64,000 nucleotides of DNA from an uncultured virus (IMG/VR IMGVR_UViG_3300020727_000006) (Duplodnaviria > Heunggongvirae > Uroviricota > Caudoviricetes): the IMG/VR virus record IMGVR_UViG_3300020727_000006. One strand, written 5' to 3'. Of the stretch, positions 39,615 through 50,648 are shown piece after piece. Position numbers and translations under genes: made by a program. The notes under the pieces were generated by a model that was not told the DNA's origin, searched no databases, and worked only from the letters and a program-made list of their open reading frames with translations. Position 1 is the first letter of the stretch. Each line of letters opens with the position of its first letter.

Positions 39615-39974
39615 TTATGCAATGCTCCAATCATAATCATCAATGGTCATCACGCTTTCATATCCATCATATTCATCAATACGATACTGCGTACCAGGTG
39701 CCAATTCACGGATAGCCAAGCGAGCAAAATCACCGTTTGCTGCTGCACCTAATTCTTCTACAACCTGTGCAAGGATAGGGTCATCACGCTCAATATCACT
39801 AGCAGAAAAGAAATGGTCATCGTCTTCAATGCCATCCTTGTAGTAATGGCTAGTCCATCTGTGATCGCCCTCAACATACAGAAGGTTAAGATTAGCAAGT
39901 TCGCCATACCGCATGGTAGCCTCATGGCTCAATCCAAATCCACCGTGACACGCATTATATACAATTTTGGTCAT
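39615..39974 (-). CDS. Hypothetical phage protein
   Basis: YNACHGGFGLS..RDDP.L..VVEELG..IDEYDG.E. Confidence 0.75.
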   Translation of the reverse strand: MTKIVYNACHGGFGLSHEATMRYGELANLNLLYVEGDHRWTSHYYKDGIEDDDHFFSASDIERDDPILAQVVEELGAAANGDFARLAIRELAPGTQYRIDEYDGYESVMTIDDYDWSIA

Positions 39975-40297
39975 ATGCCTACTGCCTCTGCTCTTTTACG
40001 ATCTATACTCATAATAACACTGCTGTTAATATCTGTCAAGTCTTTATTTGGCGGAAAGAAGATATAAGCATTAGGATCATTTACCTTTGTGCCGTTTAGC
40101 CGTATGCCACCACTTTCAATTAAGCGGTTAAACTCACTCTTACTCGTGACAAGTGCAGCATCAATGCCAACCTGTCCAAGATTGATGGCACGAGCATATT
40201 CTGCCAGTGGAACATATTGCCAATCTGTCAAGATTTCTTCCAACGATACTTTATCCATTACCAAATCCACCAAGCCAAAAACAAAAATCCTGCCCAC
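39971..40297 (-). CDS. S4-like RNA-binding domain protein (TyrRS C-terminal-like)
   Basis: LVTSKSEFNRLIESGGIRLNG. Confidence 0.65.
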   Translation of the reverse strand: MGRIFVFGLVDLVMDKVSLEEILTDWQYVPLAEYARAINLGQVGIDAALVTSKSEFNRLIESGGIRLNGTKVNDPNAYIFFPPNKDLTDINSSVIMSIDRKRAEAVGI

Positions 40298-40767
40298 TCG
40301 CCATTATGACTAACGCCAGAAGAATAAGCAGCACCAGCAATTAGCGCAACTATTACAATAGTTTTAAGTGTATCATAATTGCTGTTCATTATCCATTCCT
40401 CATTGCAGCCAACACATATTCTTCACTGGTCATATTAGCATAGGCTTGAATATGACCTAACCTAATTGCCTTTGTAATTATTCTTTCTTCTGCTTCGGTT
40501 AAGTGACCAGGATGCACTCTAATTTCAGCACGAGGCACAAGACGCAAACCATCAATAAACCTGAATTGTCTATGATTTGGACCTACACTAACAGTATCTG
40601 GTTTTTCAACAGTGATCACTTACAAATCTCGTTGATTTCGGCAACTGTGCGTGTGGTCTTGGCGTATTCCATTTTACAACTACTCTTCTGCCAACTATCA
40701 ACGGCTACACCGCCCATCATGGCCACAACTGCGATGGCGACCATAATACAATACCATTTATATTCCA

Positions 40768-41940
40768 TTATAAATTATCCTTTGAGCATTGTGGACACAG
40801 TAGTTTCTGTGTCATATCTAATTTATCTGGCTCACCAAACCTATTATGCGCTTCCCATACTGGTTCCATCTTGTGATAAGAATAGTGCCAGCCTTGTAGT
40901 TGCTTAAATCGTTCTTCGGTTACTGTTGCTGCACTATTAAATTGTGCCATTGTAAGATCATTTCTTGTTGCAGTATCGTTTTCTTGTTGTCTTTCGCATA
41001 TGTGTTCTTCCTGATGATCACACGCATCGCATTGCAGCGTAAGAACATAGGTTTTTAAAACAAAAGTTTTAAGAGGCATTTGCTTTTACCACTGCAATAG
41101 AACGCCAATCTGTATTTTCATCTAACACCACACTATTCACGGTATCGCTGTTTTTGCTCAATAGATTATGCAGAACTCTTGCTGCATCGCCACGAACGCC
41201 ATAACAATTTTTATCACAACGATATACAGAACCACTCGCACCATAGAATAGCCAATGATTGCTCTCTTCACCCACAGCAGTGATACCACTGTTCATGCGC
41301 CAAGCATCGCCATCCAGATAGCCACCACTCCAACCTGCCAAAACTTTATTATAAGTTTGACCGTTGTTAGTGATATTCACTACTACCCAATTATGCGGTG
41401 TGTAATCATAACTCATCTCATTGCAATCCAAAGTGTTTGCGGATAGTCTTATCAATTCTACGCTTGTATTGTTCGTCAGTAAATTGCTGTGGAAACAGTG
41501 ATGCACATTCCTGAATAATCAACTGCGCAAACTTTACAACATCTTCTTGTTCGGCATGTCCATTGATGAAGTAGTGCCTTGGTGTTTCATGATCTATATA
41601 GTTCAATAGTCCCGCATCAAGTGCGAGTTCTTTAATTCGCTCGTTCATCATCCCAATTCTCCCAACACTCATTCGCATCGTCCCAATGACGATCATCATA
41701 TAATTTAATACTAACATAGAACCACAGAATTGTCAAGTCAAATTGTGGACCAGCGTGGTCACGACCAAACCACCAAGTGTCAAGATTGATGCTAAAAAAT
41801 TCATCTAAACCGCTCCAAAATGAAACTTGTAATTCCAAGTTTTTATGTTTGGTAATGCGATAACTCCGTAAAAACTTATCACGAGTAACTACCCAAGACT
41901 TGGCAAATGGATTGCCTATCCGTAAATGAAATCCTATCAT
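40768..41940 (-). CDS. Run of four small coupled hypothetical ORFs
   Basis: Track ORFs ending at 40768, 41069, 41418 and 41632; the first has CxxC pairs. Confidence 0.55.
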
Positions 41941-43386
41941 TCTACCCACCTCATTGTAAATAGCACAGCATCTTCTTCATTCTTGAACACCCAACGACCA
42001 CTATAAAATGCTCTCCAATCTCCGTGTATGTTTTCCTGCATCCATGAACCCATGTTATCGGTGATAGCATTGTCAAGTGTCACCAAAGTCCATCCCTGAC
42101 TGACCAGTTCTTTGCATCGTAGATCAAGCAGTATCTCTTTTTCGATCTCTTCTTGCAATGCGTCAGCTAATGCGATCTCTATATCTTCTTGGTTCATTAT
42201 GACCATCTCATTATAAACAATATAGCATCTTCATCACTCATCTGCAATTTAATATTTTTTATAGCCGATGGACCACTTTTAGAATTTTCATATGTAATCA
42301 ATACACGATGTTTTTCTAACAAATATTTGTCAAGTTCTTGTGAAGTAGGTAAATCATTATGGTTAAAAATATCTTTCCAAAATTCTATTTTCAAATTTTG
42401 CCATATCTTTAACCAAAGAATATTTGTTCTATCTAATATCATGACCACCGCATTAAAAATAATGTTAAATCTTCGTCTTTTTCAAATTCTAACAAATCAT
42501 TTTTTATATATGCGTCAATCTTTGGTGGGCTACTATATAATCTTTTAGCACCATATTCTTTCCGCAACCAATCCCAAATACTATGACCACGAACTTGTAT
42601 ATCTGGATTAGCATAATAATGCTCAGTTATTTTATCCCAATAATTTAAAATTGGTATTCGCTGTTTCATTATGACCACCTCACGGCAAATAATGTTGCTT
42701 TTTCGTCATCAACAATTGCAATCGTGCGACAACCACTTCTTAAAAATAATCCCCATTCATCCCCATATTCTGCTTGAATAAAAACTTCGCCGTCTGCATT
42801 TCTTTTGTTCAGCCATTTACCGCCTATGCCTATATTTTTCAATAGCCATTTTTCCAACTCATCAAAATTTATGTTATGGTTGAACATTATTTTTTCTGTG
42901 TTAAACTCTATCATGACCACCGCACCAAAAATAGTGTTACATCTTCACGGTTTGTAAAGTAAAACTTATTCTTGCTATAAAACCAAGTATCACCAAAATT
43001 GTCGCAGCACCAAGCCATTGCTGCATCATGATTTCTGCTAATCTGCACCCAATTGAATACACCTTTTTTACCCTTGTATTCAAATCTAACGCCACTATCA
43101 ACAATCATCACGCCCATCGCAACAAGAATAATGCTAACTGTTCTTCGGTATCAAATCCAAATATTGGATGACCGCCAAAATTTGGAACATATTGATATTG
43201 TGAGCCACAGTTATTAAGCAAGCACCATACTTGAACTTCATCAATCATAAAACCACGCATTTCTGTCATCGTATCAGTTCTGCCGCTATGATCAGTCATC
43301 GTAGCACGAACATTGAATGGTTTATAATCAAAATCTCCTGCAAATTCATTGCTATTAACTATCTTGAATGTAAGTTTAAGTGACAT
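41937..43386 (-). repeat. Tandem array of six small paralogous CDSs sharing a C-terminal F-x-x-R-W motif
   Basis: Ends: EEDAVLFTMRWVE, DEDAILFIMRWS, DEDLTLFLMRWS, DEKATLFAVRWS, REDVTLFLVRWS, EEQLALFLLRWA. Confidence 0.85.
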
Positions 43387-43449
43387 GTTTTAATCCATTG
43401 AAATCCTACTATTAAGATAGCATAAATTTCAAGATTGTCAAGAGAAAAA

Positions 43450-43522
43450 TGATAAATAATAATGTCAGCCACGATGCTACCAACATCCGCTGACTCTATG
43501 ATTGTAAAGGAATCACAGCATG
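43450..43522 (+). promoter_or_regulatory. Late promoter plus structured two-hairpin leader of the GIY-YIG gene
   Basis: TGATAAATAATAAT-GTCAGC-CAC-GATG-CTACCAA-CATC-C-GCTGAC-TCTAT-GATT-GTAAAGG-AATC-ACAGC-ATG. Confidence 0.7.
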
Positions 43523-44107
43523 TATATTTACATCTATAAAATCACAAATAAATTAAACAATAAAGAATATATCGGTGTCCATTCAACCCTTGATTTAGAT
43601 GATGGGTATATGGGGTCTGGTAATTTAATTATAGCAGCAATTAAAAAATATGGCAAAGAAAACTTCACAAAAGAAATCCTTCAATATTTTAATTCGCCCA
43701 AAGAAGCATTTGCTGCTGAAAGAAATATTGTAAATGAATCATATATCCAATCGGAAAATACTTACAATATCAATTTAGGTGGATCAGCACCACCAAATAT
43801 GGCAGGTATTCCAAGAACAGAAGAAACAAAAAATAAGATTTCATCTACAAGAAAAGAAAGAAACATATATCCAACAGCAGGCATAGAAGCATCTCGCATA
43901 GCAAATACTGGCAAAGAACCAGCAAACAAAGGCAAAAAAGCAAATGCAAAATCAATTGAAAAGAGAACAGAAACAAGAAAACTAATCAAGTTTCTATTCT
44001 CTCAACAACGATATGATGAACTTTTGTCTTTATCATTAAAGCCCACCAGTAGAAAACGCATCCGTGAAAAAATCAACCTTCTTCAATCGTCTGCCCAATC
44101 CACTTAA
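43520..44107 (+). CDS. GIY-YIG (Seg-like) homing endonuclease
   Basis: YIYKITN..YIG, GYMGSG, E..YN; NUMOD3-like RTEETKNKIS. Confidence 0.9.
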   Translation: MYIYIYKITNKLNNKEYIGVHSTLDLDDGYMGSGNLIIAAIKKYGKENFTKEILQYFNSPKEAFAAERNIVNESYIQSENTYNINLGGSAPPNMAGIPRTEETKNKISSTRKERNIYPTAGIEASRIANTGKEPANKGKKANAKSIEKRTETRKLIKFLFSQQRYDELLSLSLKPTSRKRIREKINLLQSSAQST

Positions 44108-45254
44108 ATGAACCCCAAAGATGACGAGCCTCATCAATCTTGGTTTGTGATCCAGTGCTACGCTTGATGATATCTAACACCATAGTTCTCGTGTTTTTAC
44201 CATCAAAGCGACCAAATACAATGCCAGGTGCGAACTGGTCTTGTGCCTTGATTGTGGGCATCCATTGTATTGCGAACTGCTTGCGGTCAAGTCCGTGAGC
44301 GATTACAGTATCAAAGTAGCGGTCATATGACTGAACTACTTGATTTACACCGATCCAAAAATCGGTTTCGTAATCTTCCACCCGCTTGCGGTCGTCTGGA
44401 AGCATAAATGCCTTTACATCGTCCATTTGTTCATTTACTAACAAAGAGATAATGTTCTTCTCTAACGAGATAGCATCCTTTGTCTTGTGCTTGCGAAGGT
44501 AATCAGCCGCCTTTATTTTTAACATATGTCCATCATCAAAGCGGATGATATATCCCTCAATACCAACTGCATCATTGGTTTCATCCATAAGATGAACCAT
44601 AGACTTGGCGGTACCAGCATAGGTCTTTACAACCTCTACTTCAAACATATCACCATACTCTTGCAACCATTGCAGGCTTGCATACGCACCGTTTTCCTTG
44701 TGGCGAGCGGCGATTAAAACAAGACGGTCTTCTGGGTAATCAATAACAATCTGTTGCTTACGAGAACACCATTCAAATATAAGAGTATAACCACATGATT
44801 GATCTGCCCAACGAATGAACTGTTCATACTGTGGGCGTGTTGCTATAAACTCTTCTGCTTGCATAGAGACTTCTGTAATCCCCATTTTGGTGCCAAGTCG
44901 CAATCCACCATCGGTGAATACGCCAGTTACCATGCTGCCGTCTAACTTCTCCAAGATAACATGTGGCTGCGTGAAGTCAATCGCCCCAAACTGCGTTTCA
45001 TCACGCTCACCAATGTTAAAGAACTTGTGCAAACGACGAGCCATGATAGAACCGTCCTTGTGGAACAGCATACCACGACATTCACGACGAATTGCATCCA
45101 TCTCCGACTCAACAGGCGGAAAGGTATCAGACATGCTGACCATATAATTGACCACATAGCCCCAATCACGCTCTGCAATGATAAATTCATCACGACCTTC
45201 AATAGCAGGACGAACCTGATCAAGGTGAGTGATACGGGGAAATTCGTAGTGCAT
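44073..45254 (-). CDS. RNA ligase 1 (T4 RnlA-like)
   Basis: ECRG, KFFN, EKLDGS, FEW, EGYI, KIK. Confidence 0.88.
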   Translation of the reverse strand: MHYEFPRITHLDQVRPAIEGRDEFIIAERDWGYVVNYMVSMSDTFPPVESEMDAIRRECRGMLFHKDGSIMARRLHKFFNIGERDETQFGAIDFTQPHVILEKLDGSMVTGVFTDGGLRLGTKMGITEVSMQAEEFIATRPQYEQFIRWADQSCGYTLIFEWCSRKQQIVIDYPEDRLVLIAARHKENGAYASLQWLQEYGDMFEVEVVKTYAGTAKSMVHLMDETNDAVGIEGYIIRFDDGHMLKIKAADYLRKHKTKDAISLEKNIISLLVNEQMDDVKAFMLPDDRKRVEDYETDFWIGVNQVVQSYDRYFDTVIAHGLDRKQFAIQWMPTIKAQDQFAPGIVFGRFDGKNTRTMVLDIIKRSTGSQTKIDEARHLWGSFKWIGQTIEEG

Positions 45255-45315
45255 TGGTCCTACTCCTGTTTATAACTTAATATAACACAGATTTAGGCGT
45301 TGTCAAGTATTATTT

Positions 45316-45780
45316 TTAGTAGTCTGCCAACTCTTGGTAGGCATCATTTACCTGATTTGAGGTAATTCCAGCGTGTTTATAGCCGTTTACAATGGTGGTA
45401 ACATACGATTGCGATGGCATACGATCTCGCGCCGACCATTGACGGGTAGATGGGGTCATATAATATACCCATGCCTCATACTTTTGACCGTCCACAAATA
45501 TTGGGACAATCTTACGACCGTACATGTTTGGATAGCTTTCAATATGGTCAAGATAGCGCAGCATTTGTTCATCTGGAAGTTCCCATAGGACACCATCCAC
45601 ATGCGAGCCAGCAGTTTCTACAACATCAGCAAACTTATAAAATTCAAACTTATAATTTTGTAGTTGACCACGACCAATAAAGTGTGCATCTTGCATGATG
45701 CTAGGATCGGTCAACATACCATATGCAAAGTAATAAATTGGCTGTCCGCCAGCCTCTAGGATAATTTCGTTTATTTTCAT
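45316..45780 (-). CDS. Gamma-glutamylcyclotransferase with capsid-targeting-like leader
   Basis: MKINEIILE, then YFAYG, GVLW, LDHIESYP, PSQSY. Confidence 0.85.
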   Translation of the reverse strand: MKINEIILEAGGQPIYYFAYGMLTDPSIMQDAHFIGRGQLQNYKFEFYKFADVVETAGSHVDGVLWELPDEQMLRYLDHIESYPNMYGRKIVPIFVDGQKYEAWVYYMTPSTRQWSARDRMPSQSYVTTIVNGYKHAGITSNQVNDAYQELADY

Positions 45781-45786
45781 GTCCAT

Positions 45787-46467
45787 TTATTTATTGGCTA
45801 AGTTACTTAAATCTTTAAGTGACATAATGCTGCTATCTTGTTTGCACAATTCAATATACTCATTCTTATCACCGCTCCACTCTACGCCATTCCACCATTC
45901 AAATCCATTTAAATGTGCTTTATAGATACTGCTTTTCTCATATCCACTGCCAATATAAAGATGCTCCAATTCTAACGACCTTGCATATCGAACTTCGTGA
46001 TGCAGCATCTCTGCGCCAAATTCCCATTGAACATGCACAATATAAGCATTGAACTGGCTTTCTAATCCGCCATTATATTTTATAAACTTTGTAAATCCAC
46101 GCAGAGTATCTGGAAACGCACAGCCACGCCAATAATATTCCATCCATGCATCACGCTCACTCACAACAAACGGATCATATAGCGGTTCAAACTTTTTATC
46201 ATAAAGATATCTTTCCCATACTCTTTTATATTCTTCGCTTGGCGTATCTGCAAATTGTAAGTCATAATTATAGACTGTTTGCAGATATTTCCAGTTACTC
46301 AATACAATACGAGTGCTGCGTGATTGATACCATCCGCCATTATACCATAGCCAACCATTCTCCAATGCTTCACGCTCTTCATGCGGTTCGCATTGTAGAT
46401 TTGCATGATATAATTGCAGATTATGTTTTTCCTGACTGCCAAAGTAGTGGCTATAAGTAATCTTCAT
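45787..46467 (-). CDS. Aminoacyl-tRNA-protein transferase-like (ATE1/Bpt family)
   Basis: ALENGW; RSTRI; G..ML.HEV.YA...HLYIG......YK resembles the ATE C-terminal GNAT domain. Confidence 0.55.
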   Translation of the reverse strand: MKITYSHYFGSQEKHNLQLYHANLQCEPHEEREALENGWLWYNGGWYQSRSTRIVLSNWKYLQTVYNYDLQFADTPSEEYKRVWERYLYDKKFEPLYDPFVVSERDAWMEYYWRGCAFPDTLRGFTKFIKYNGGLESQFNAYIVHVQWEFGAEMLHHEVRYARSLELEHLYIGSGYEKSSIYKAHLNGFEWWNGVEWSGDKNEYIELCKQDSSIMSLKDLSNLANK

Positions 46468-46971
46468 ATGGTTAATTATATAGATTTAGATACTGCAAAG
46501 CAAGATTTAAGTGATTGGATTATCAACTTCCTTGATGTTCCACAAGCAACACTAAACAATATTGCGCCATGCCCATTTGCAAAAGCTGCGTTAGTTAATG
46601 GCAAGATTCGGTTTGTAATTGGCAGTGACAGTGTAGTTCAAGATATGCTGCAACTTAATGATCAGTGGGATAGTGATTATGAAGGCGTTGTATTAATCTA
46701 TCCAAGCGATATTAATGCAGAAAATTTTAGTGATAGTGTTGAATATGTAAACAACTTATTCTATCGTCACAGTGGGTTGCTTGCACTAGAAGATCATCCG
46801 CAGATTCCAGAAGCAATTGCTGGTTTGCAGTTTAACAATCACAAATATGCAATCGTTATTGTTCAACGAGCAGAGAAATTACGCAAGGCAAGCGAGATGT
46901 TAGTTAAGCGTGGATATTATAAACATTGGACACAGTTTGATTTAGATTCTGTTGTTGGATGGAGATGGTAA
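46468..46971 (+). CDS. Hypothetical protein (CPFA motif, DUF1415-like)
   Basis: PCPFAK, EDHP, VQR. Confidence 0.6.
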   Translation: MVNYIDLDTAKQDLSDWIINFLDVPQATLNNIAPCPFAKAALVNGKIRFVIGSDSVVQDMLQLNDQWDSDYEGVVLIYPSDINAENFSDSVEYVNNLFYRHSGLLALEDHPQIPEAIAGLQFNNHKYAIVIVQRAEKLRKASEMLVKRGYYKHWTQFDLDSVVGWRW

Positions 46972-48078
46972 TTGTATAGCGTTTACCAACATTGGGATAA
47001 ACTTAAAACTTGCGTAGTCGGCAAAAGCTATCCACCGCAATTTTATAGCTTTATTAAAAATCCAAAGCTGCGTAATTTATTTGAAAAAATTGCTATTGAA
47101 ACAGAAGAAGATTTAGACAACTTAGAAAAGTTATTACAGAAGTTTAATGTAAAAACTATTAGACCATTAGTTCCACATGTTGATGCTATTGAACATATTA
47201 ATAAAGGCGAGCGTATCCCTGCTCCAATCAGTATGATTCCGCGAGATCAAATGATTATGATTGGCAATACTTTTTTATTATTTCCTTATGATAGAATATA
47301 TTCAAAAGCAAGTGGCCAACGATTTTCAAAAACTCTCGCTGAACAATATCAAGTCATAGATGAAACTAAAAAATTAGATTGGTGGAGTCCTATAAAAGAT
47401 AATGTAATTAACGCAAATAATATTATAATTGAAAATGCATGGGATGAATTATTAAAAGTTCTTCCAGCAAATGGCATAACTCGCTGTGGAAAAGATTTAT
47501 ATTTTGGAATAGATAAAAACCCATTATTAAAGGTTGGGTTAAAAAAGTTACAGAAAAAATATTTTAGCAATTATAGATGCCACGAAGTACCAACACATGG
47601 TCATACTGATGGAGTTTATATGCCAGTTGTGCCTGGTTTAATTGTTAGCACTGTTCATGCAGATGAGATATCTTATGATAAAGAATTTCCTGATTGGGAA
47701 ATTGTTAATATCATTGGAGAAGGTTGGGGAAAAACAGCAATGTGGTCTCAACTTAAAATAAAAAACAATGGCGCATGGTGGATTAAAGGGCATGAAGCCG
47801 ATGATGAATTAATTAATTTTGTAGAAACTTGGCTACGAGATTGGGTTGGTTATGTCGAAGAAAGTGTATTCGATGTCAACATGTTAATGATTGACGAACA
47901 CAATGTTATTTGCAACGGATATAATAAAACAGTGTTTGATGCGTTTGAGCGATATAAAATAACTCCGCATATATTAAATTTACGACACCGTTATTTTTGG
48001 GATGGCGGTATCCATTGTTCTACACTAGATTTAGATCGTGAAGGAACTATGCAAGATTATTTTCCATCACGAAAATAA
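46972..48078 (+). CDS. Amidinotransferase-family protein
   Basis: PRD, HTDG, GGIHCST catalytic motifs. Confidence 0.85.
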   Translation: MYSVYQHWDKLKTCVVGKSYPPQFYSFIKNPKLRNLFEKIAIETEEDLDNLEKLLQKFNVKTIRPLVPHVDAIEHINKGERIPAPISMIPRDQMIMIGNTFLLFPYDRIYSKASGQRFSKTLAEQYQVIDETKKLDWWSPIKDNVINANNIIIENAWDELLKVLPANGITRCGKDLYFGIDKNPLLKVGLKKLQKKYFSNYRCHEVPTHGHTDGVYMPVVPGLIVSTVHADEISYDKEFPDWEIVNIIGEGWGKTAMWSQLKIKNNGAWWIKGHEADDELINFVETWLRDWVGYVEESVFDVNMLMIDEHNVICNGYNKTVFDAFERYKITPHILNLRHRYFWDGGIHCSTLDLDREGTMQDYFPSRK

Positions 48079-48079
48079 T

Positions 48080-48156
48080 TGGCGATCTCGGAGCGATTCG
48101 AACGCCCGACCTGTGGAGTAGAAATCCATTGCTCTATCCAACTGAGCTACGAGACC
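48080..48156 (-). tRNA. tRNA-Arg(TCT)
   Basis: GGTCTCGTAGCTCAGTTGGATAGAGC..TTTCTAC..GTTCGAATC..GCCA. Confidence 0.93.
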
Positions 48157-48539
48157 GTAATATTGAATATATCATTAATGATACTATCTGTCAATTCATT
48201 TTCAAGATAAAATTCATCAACAAGATAAGTCACACTGTTACTTAATCTGCGCGGAACTAATTCTTCTGCAATTCGAATGCTTTTATCATGCGGTATTTTT
48301 TCAATAGCGGTGTGATGTCGTTGGTCAATAACCATAACTAGTGGCTTATTAAATTTATAAATCTTACTAAGATTTGCAGCACGACTTGTTAGGTAAGCAC
48401 TGTAGCCAGGCTGAATGAACTGACGAGTATAAGGCGTGTCTGCAATTATTTCTTGTTCACTGATGACTTTGATATCACCAATGTTAGAAAATATTTTAGT
48501 TATTTTTAATGGATTTTCTGCAAGAACTAATATCTTCAT
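48147..48539 (-). CDS. Hypothetical protein between tRNAs
   Basis: 130 aa; stop lies inside the tRNA-Arg 5' end. Confidence 0.55.
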   Translation of the reverse strand: MKILVLAENPLKITKIFSNIGDIKVISEQEIIADTPYTRQFIQPGYSAYLTSRAANLSKIYKFNKPLVMVIDQRHHTAIEKIPHDKSIRIAEELVPRRLSNSVTYLVDEFYLENELTDSIINDIFNITVS

Positions 48540-48558
48540 TTCACGCCTAAAAAAATAA

Positions 48559-48648
48559 TGGCGGTGAGGGTGGGATTCGAACCCACGGAACCAGTTACGG
48601 TTCGCTCAGTTAGCAACCGAGTGCTTTCGGCCTCTCAGCCACCTCACC
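48559..48648 (-). tRNA. tRNA-Ser(GCT)
   Basis: CTCGG-TTGCTAA-CTGAG, long variable arm, CCA. Confidence 0.93.
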
Positions 48649-48660
48649 GTATATAAAAAA

Positions 48661-48734
48661 TGGTAGGCAATGACAGAATCGAACTGCCGTAGCCGCTGTG
48701 TAAAAGCGGAGTTTTACCATTAAACTAATCGCCC
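48661..48734 (-). tRNA. tRNA-Val(TAC)
   Basis: CCGCT-TTTACAC-AGCGG, GTTCGA, CCA. Confidence 0.93.
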
Positions 48735-48820
48735 ATTTCTTATATTCTTAATATACTTATATTTTGTAAATTTGTCAAGCATTATTTTAAATAAATAAAT
48801 GTAAATTGAGGGTTAAAAAA

Positions 48821-49264
48821 ATGTCAACAGACCGTTACATCTTCGTCCAATATCTGTTTTTTCCCCAAGATGAAACTTTCATCGATATGGATAGTTGGGC
48901 AGCATCTAATCTGTCAGCAGATGAATTAATTGAATATAATACCGCAAAAGAAAATCAAGACAATGTAAGCCCTAAACAAAGTTTTATAGAAAAAGGACTT
49001 CTAGTAGCAGAAAGACATACTGATAAGAATGGCGAGAAAACTACTAAAAATTATACAAATATTGATCCGCCAGAAGGTATTGTTGTTAGACGAAAACCAT
49101 TAGAAAATAATTCATCTGAAGAAACATGGGCGTCTGACGAAGATTGGCACGAGAATAAAGTTGATATAGAACCAGATAGTACTTGGCATAATTATTTTCA
49201 AAGATGGTTAACTGAAACAAACCAAAGAATGGAAATAATTGTTAGAGATACTTTTCCACTTTAA
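48821..49264 (+). CDS. Hypothetical protein
   Basis: GAGG SD and ATAAATA upstream. Confidence 0.65.
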   Translation: MSTDRYIFVQYLFFPQDETFIDMDSWAASNLSADELIEYNTAKENQDNVSPKQSFIEKGLLVAERHTDKNGEKTTKNYTNIDPPEGIVVRRKPLENNSSEETWASDEDWHENKVDIEPDSTWHNYFQRWLTETNQRMEIIVRDTFPL

Positions 49265-49920
49265 TCAAATATAGTTTTTATATTCGCATACAAAACTTCT
49301 GCCATTATTTTATGACCAAGTTCGCTTGGGTGGCCATCATCTAATACACTCTTTGGTGTAAATCCAATAAAGTCGCACATGGTCATTTTTAAAAAAAACT
49401 CAGTATTAATACTTTCTATATATTTTTGATCTAGTTCTGATAAGTTTCTTTGCAAAATTCTGTTAGTATCAAGAGCATTAAACATTAAATATTTTATTGA
49501 ATTTGATTTTAAGTATTCTTGCATTACTACAATACTGCGCAGATAATTTGTAAAGTAATATTCATCATTATAATATCGTTTCCAAAATGATTCAATGAAT
49601 GATGAGGCTTCATCTTTAAATTCTGGAACAGTGCTTATAAAATTTTTACCGTAACTGTCATAAAAATCTTGCCGATGATATCCAGTAACGCCTATTATAA
49701 CCAAACTTGATTTTTTTTCTTCTGGATATTCCATAAAATAATCTATGATGCTTGAAAACACATAAGAATTTCCACGACCAGCCTCGGATAAATTAACAAC
49801 GGGTATAGACATTTTATCGCCAAGCAATTTTGGCCATGTAGATTCTTTCCCATGTTCTAACTTATATCCACTAGTAAAACTACAGCCACTAGCTATCAAT
49901 TTGTTAAATTGTGTACTCAT
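49261..49920 (-). CDS. SGNH/GDSL-like protein
   Basis: GCSFT...DGHP. Confidence 0.7.
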   Translation of the reverse strand: MSTQFNKLIASGCSFTSGYKLEHGKESTWPKLLGDKMSIPVVNLSEAGRGNSYVFSSIIDYFMEYPEEKKSSLVIIGVTGYHRQDFYDSYGKNFISTVPEFKDEASSFIESFWKRYYNDEYYFTNYLRSIVVMQEYLKSNSIKYLMFNALDTNRILQRNLSELDQKYIESINTEFFLKMTMCDFIGFTPKSVLDDGHPSELGHKIMAEVLYANIKTIFD

Positions 49921-50648
49921 AAATTTTTTAACCAATCTGGTATTAATAATTTATCTTTTTCTGGATCAGGTATAGCATATAGATGATTGATAAATGGCAG
50001 ATTACTATCTACAATAGCTTCATAAAATGTATCAGCAATTAGCTTATGACCAGCTATATTCGGATGTCCATCATCAAGTGAATTTGGAAAACTAATACTG
50101 CTCATGCTACGATTATTAAACCATAGATAGCGTGTCATATCTATTTCCATAATCATTGATTTAACAAGTACATCACCTATTACCTCTGAACTTGGAAAAA
50201 ACGGAAAAGCATCTAACATCAAATAATTTATTTTGTATTGTAAAAAATACCCTTGCATCTTTATCACATGTCTTAGAAAGTTTTTATAACAATAAAGTTC
50301 ATCATAATGTTTTTTCCAAAACATTCCTTCTATTTCGCTTGGTCTGCGCTTGTTTGGTATAGTAGTAATCAACCCAAGGTGTTTATCAAAGAACTCAATG
50401 CGAGTAAAATTAGTAAGTCCTAACACTACGAGTGAATTATATTTGTCTTCTGGATTTAATAAAAAATGATCTATTACGCTATTGAATACATAGTCGTTGC
50501 CCATGCCTTGACGACCGTAATTAGTCAGTGGTACACTCAGTTGCCTAGATAAAACAGATGCCCAACAATTTGTTTCAGCATCTCGCAATTTGTAACCAGC
50601 AGTAAAACTATCACCACTGGTTATTAATTTTTTTATATTTTCCAACAT
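49917..50648 (-). CDS. SGNH/GDSL-like protein
   Basis: GDSFT...DGHP. Confidence 0.7.
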   Translation of the reverse strand: MLENIKKLITSGDSFTAGYKLRDAETNCWASVLSRQLSVPLTNYGRQGMGNDYVFNSVIDHFLLNPEDKYNSLVVLGLTNFTRIEFFDKHLGLITTIPNKRRPSEIEGMFWKKHYDELYCYKNFLRHVIKMQGYFLQYKINYLMLDAFPFFPSSEVIGDVLVKSMIMEIDMTRYLWFNNRSMSSISFPNSLDDGHPNIAGHKLIADTFYEAIVDSNLPFINHLYAIPDPEKDKLLIPDWLKNL

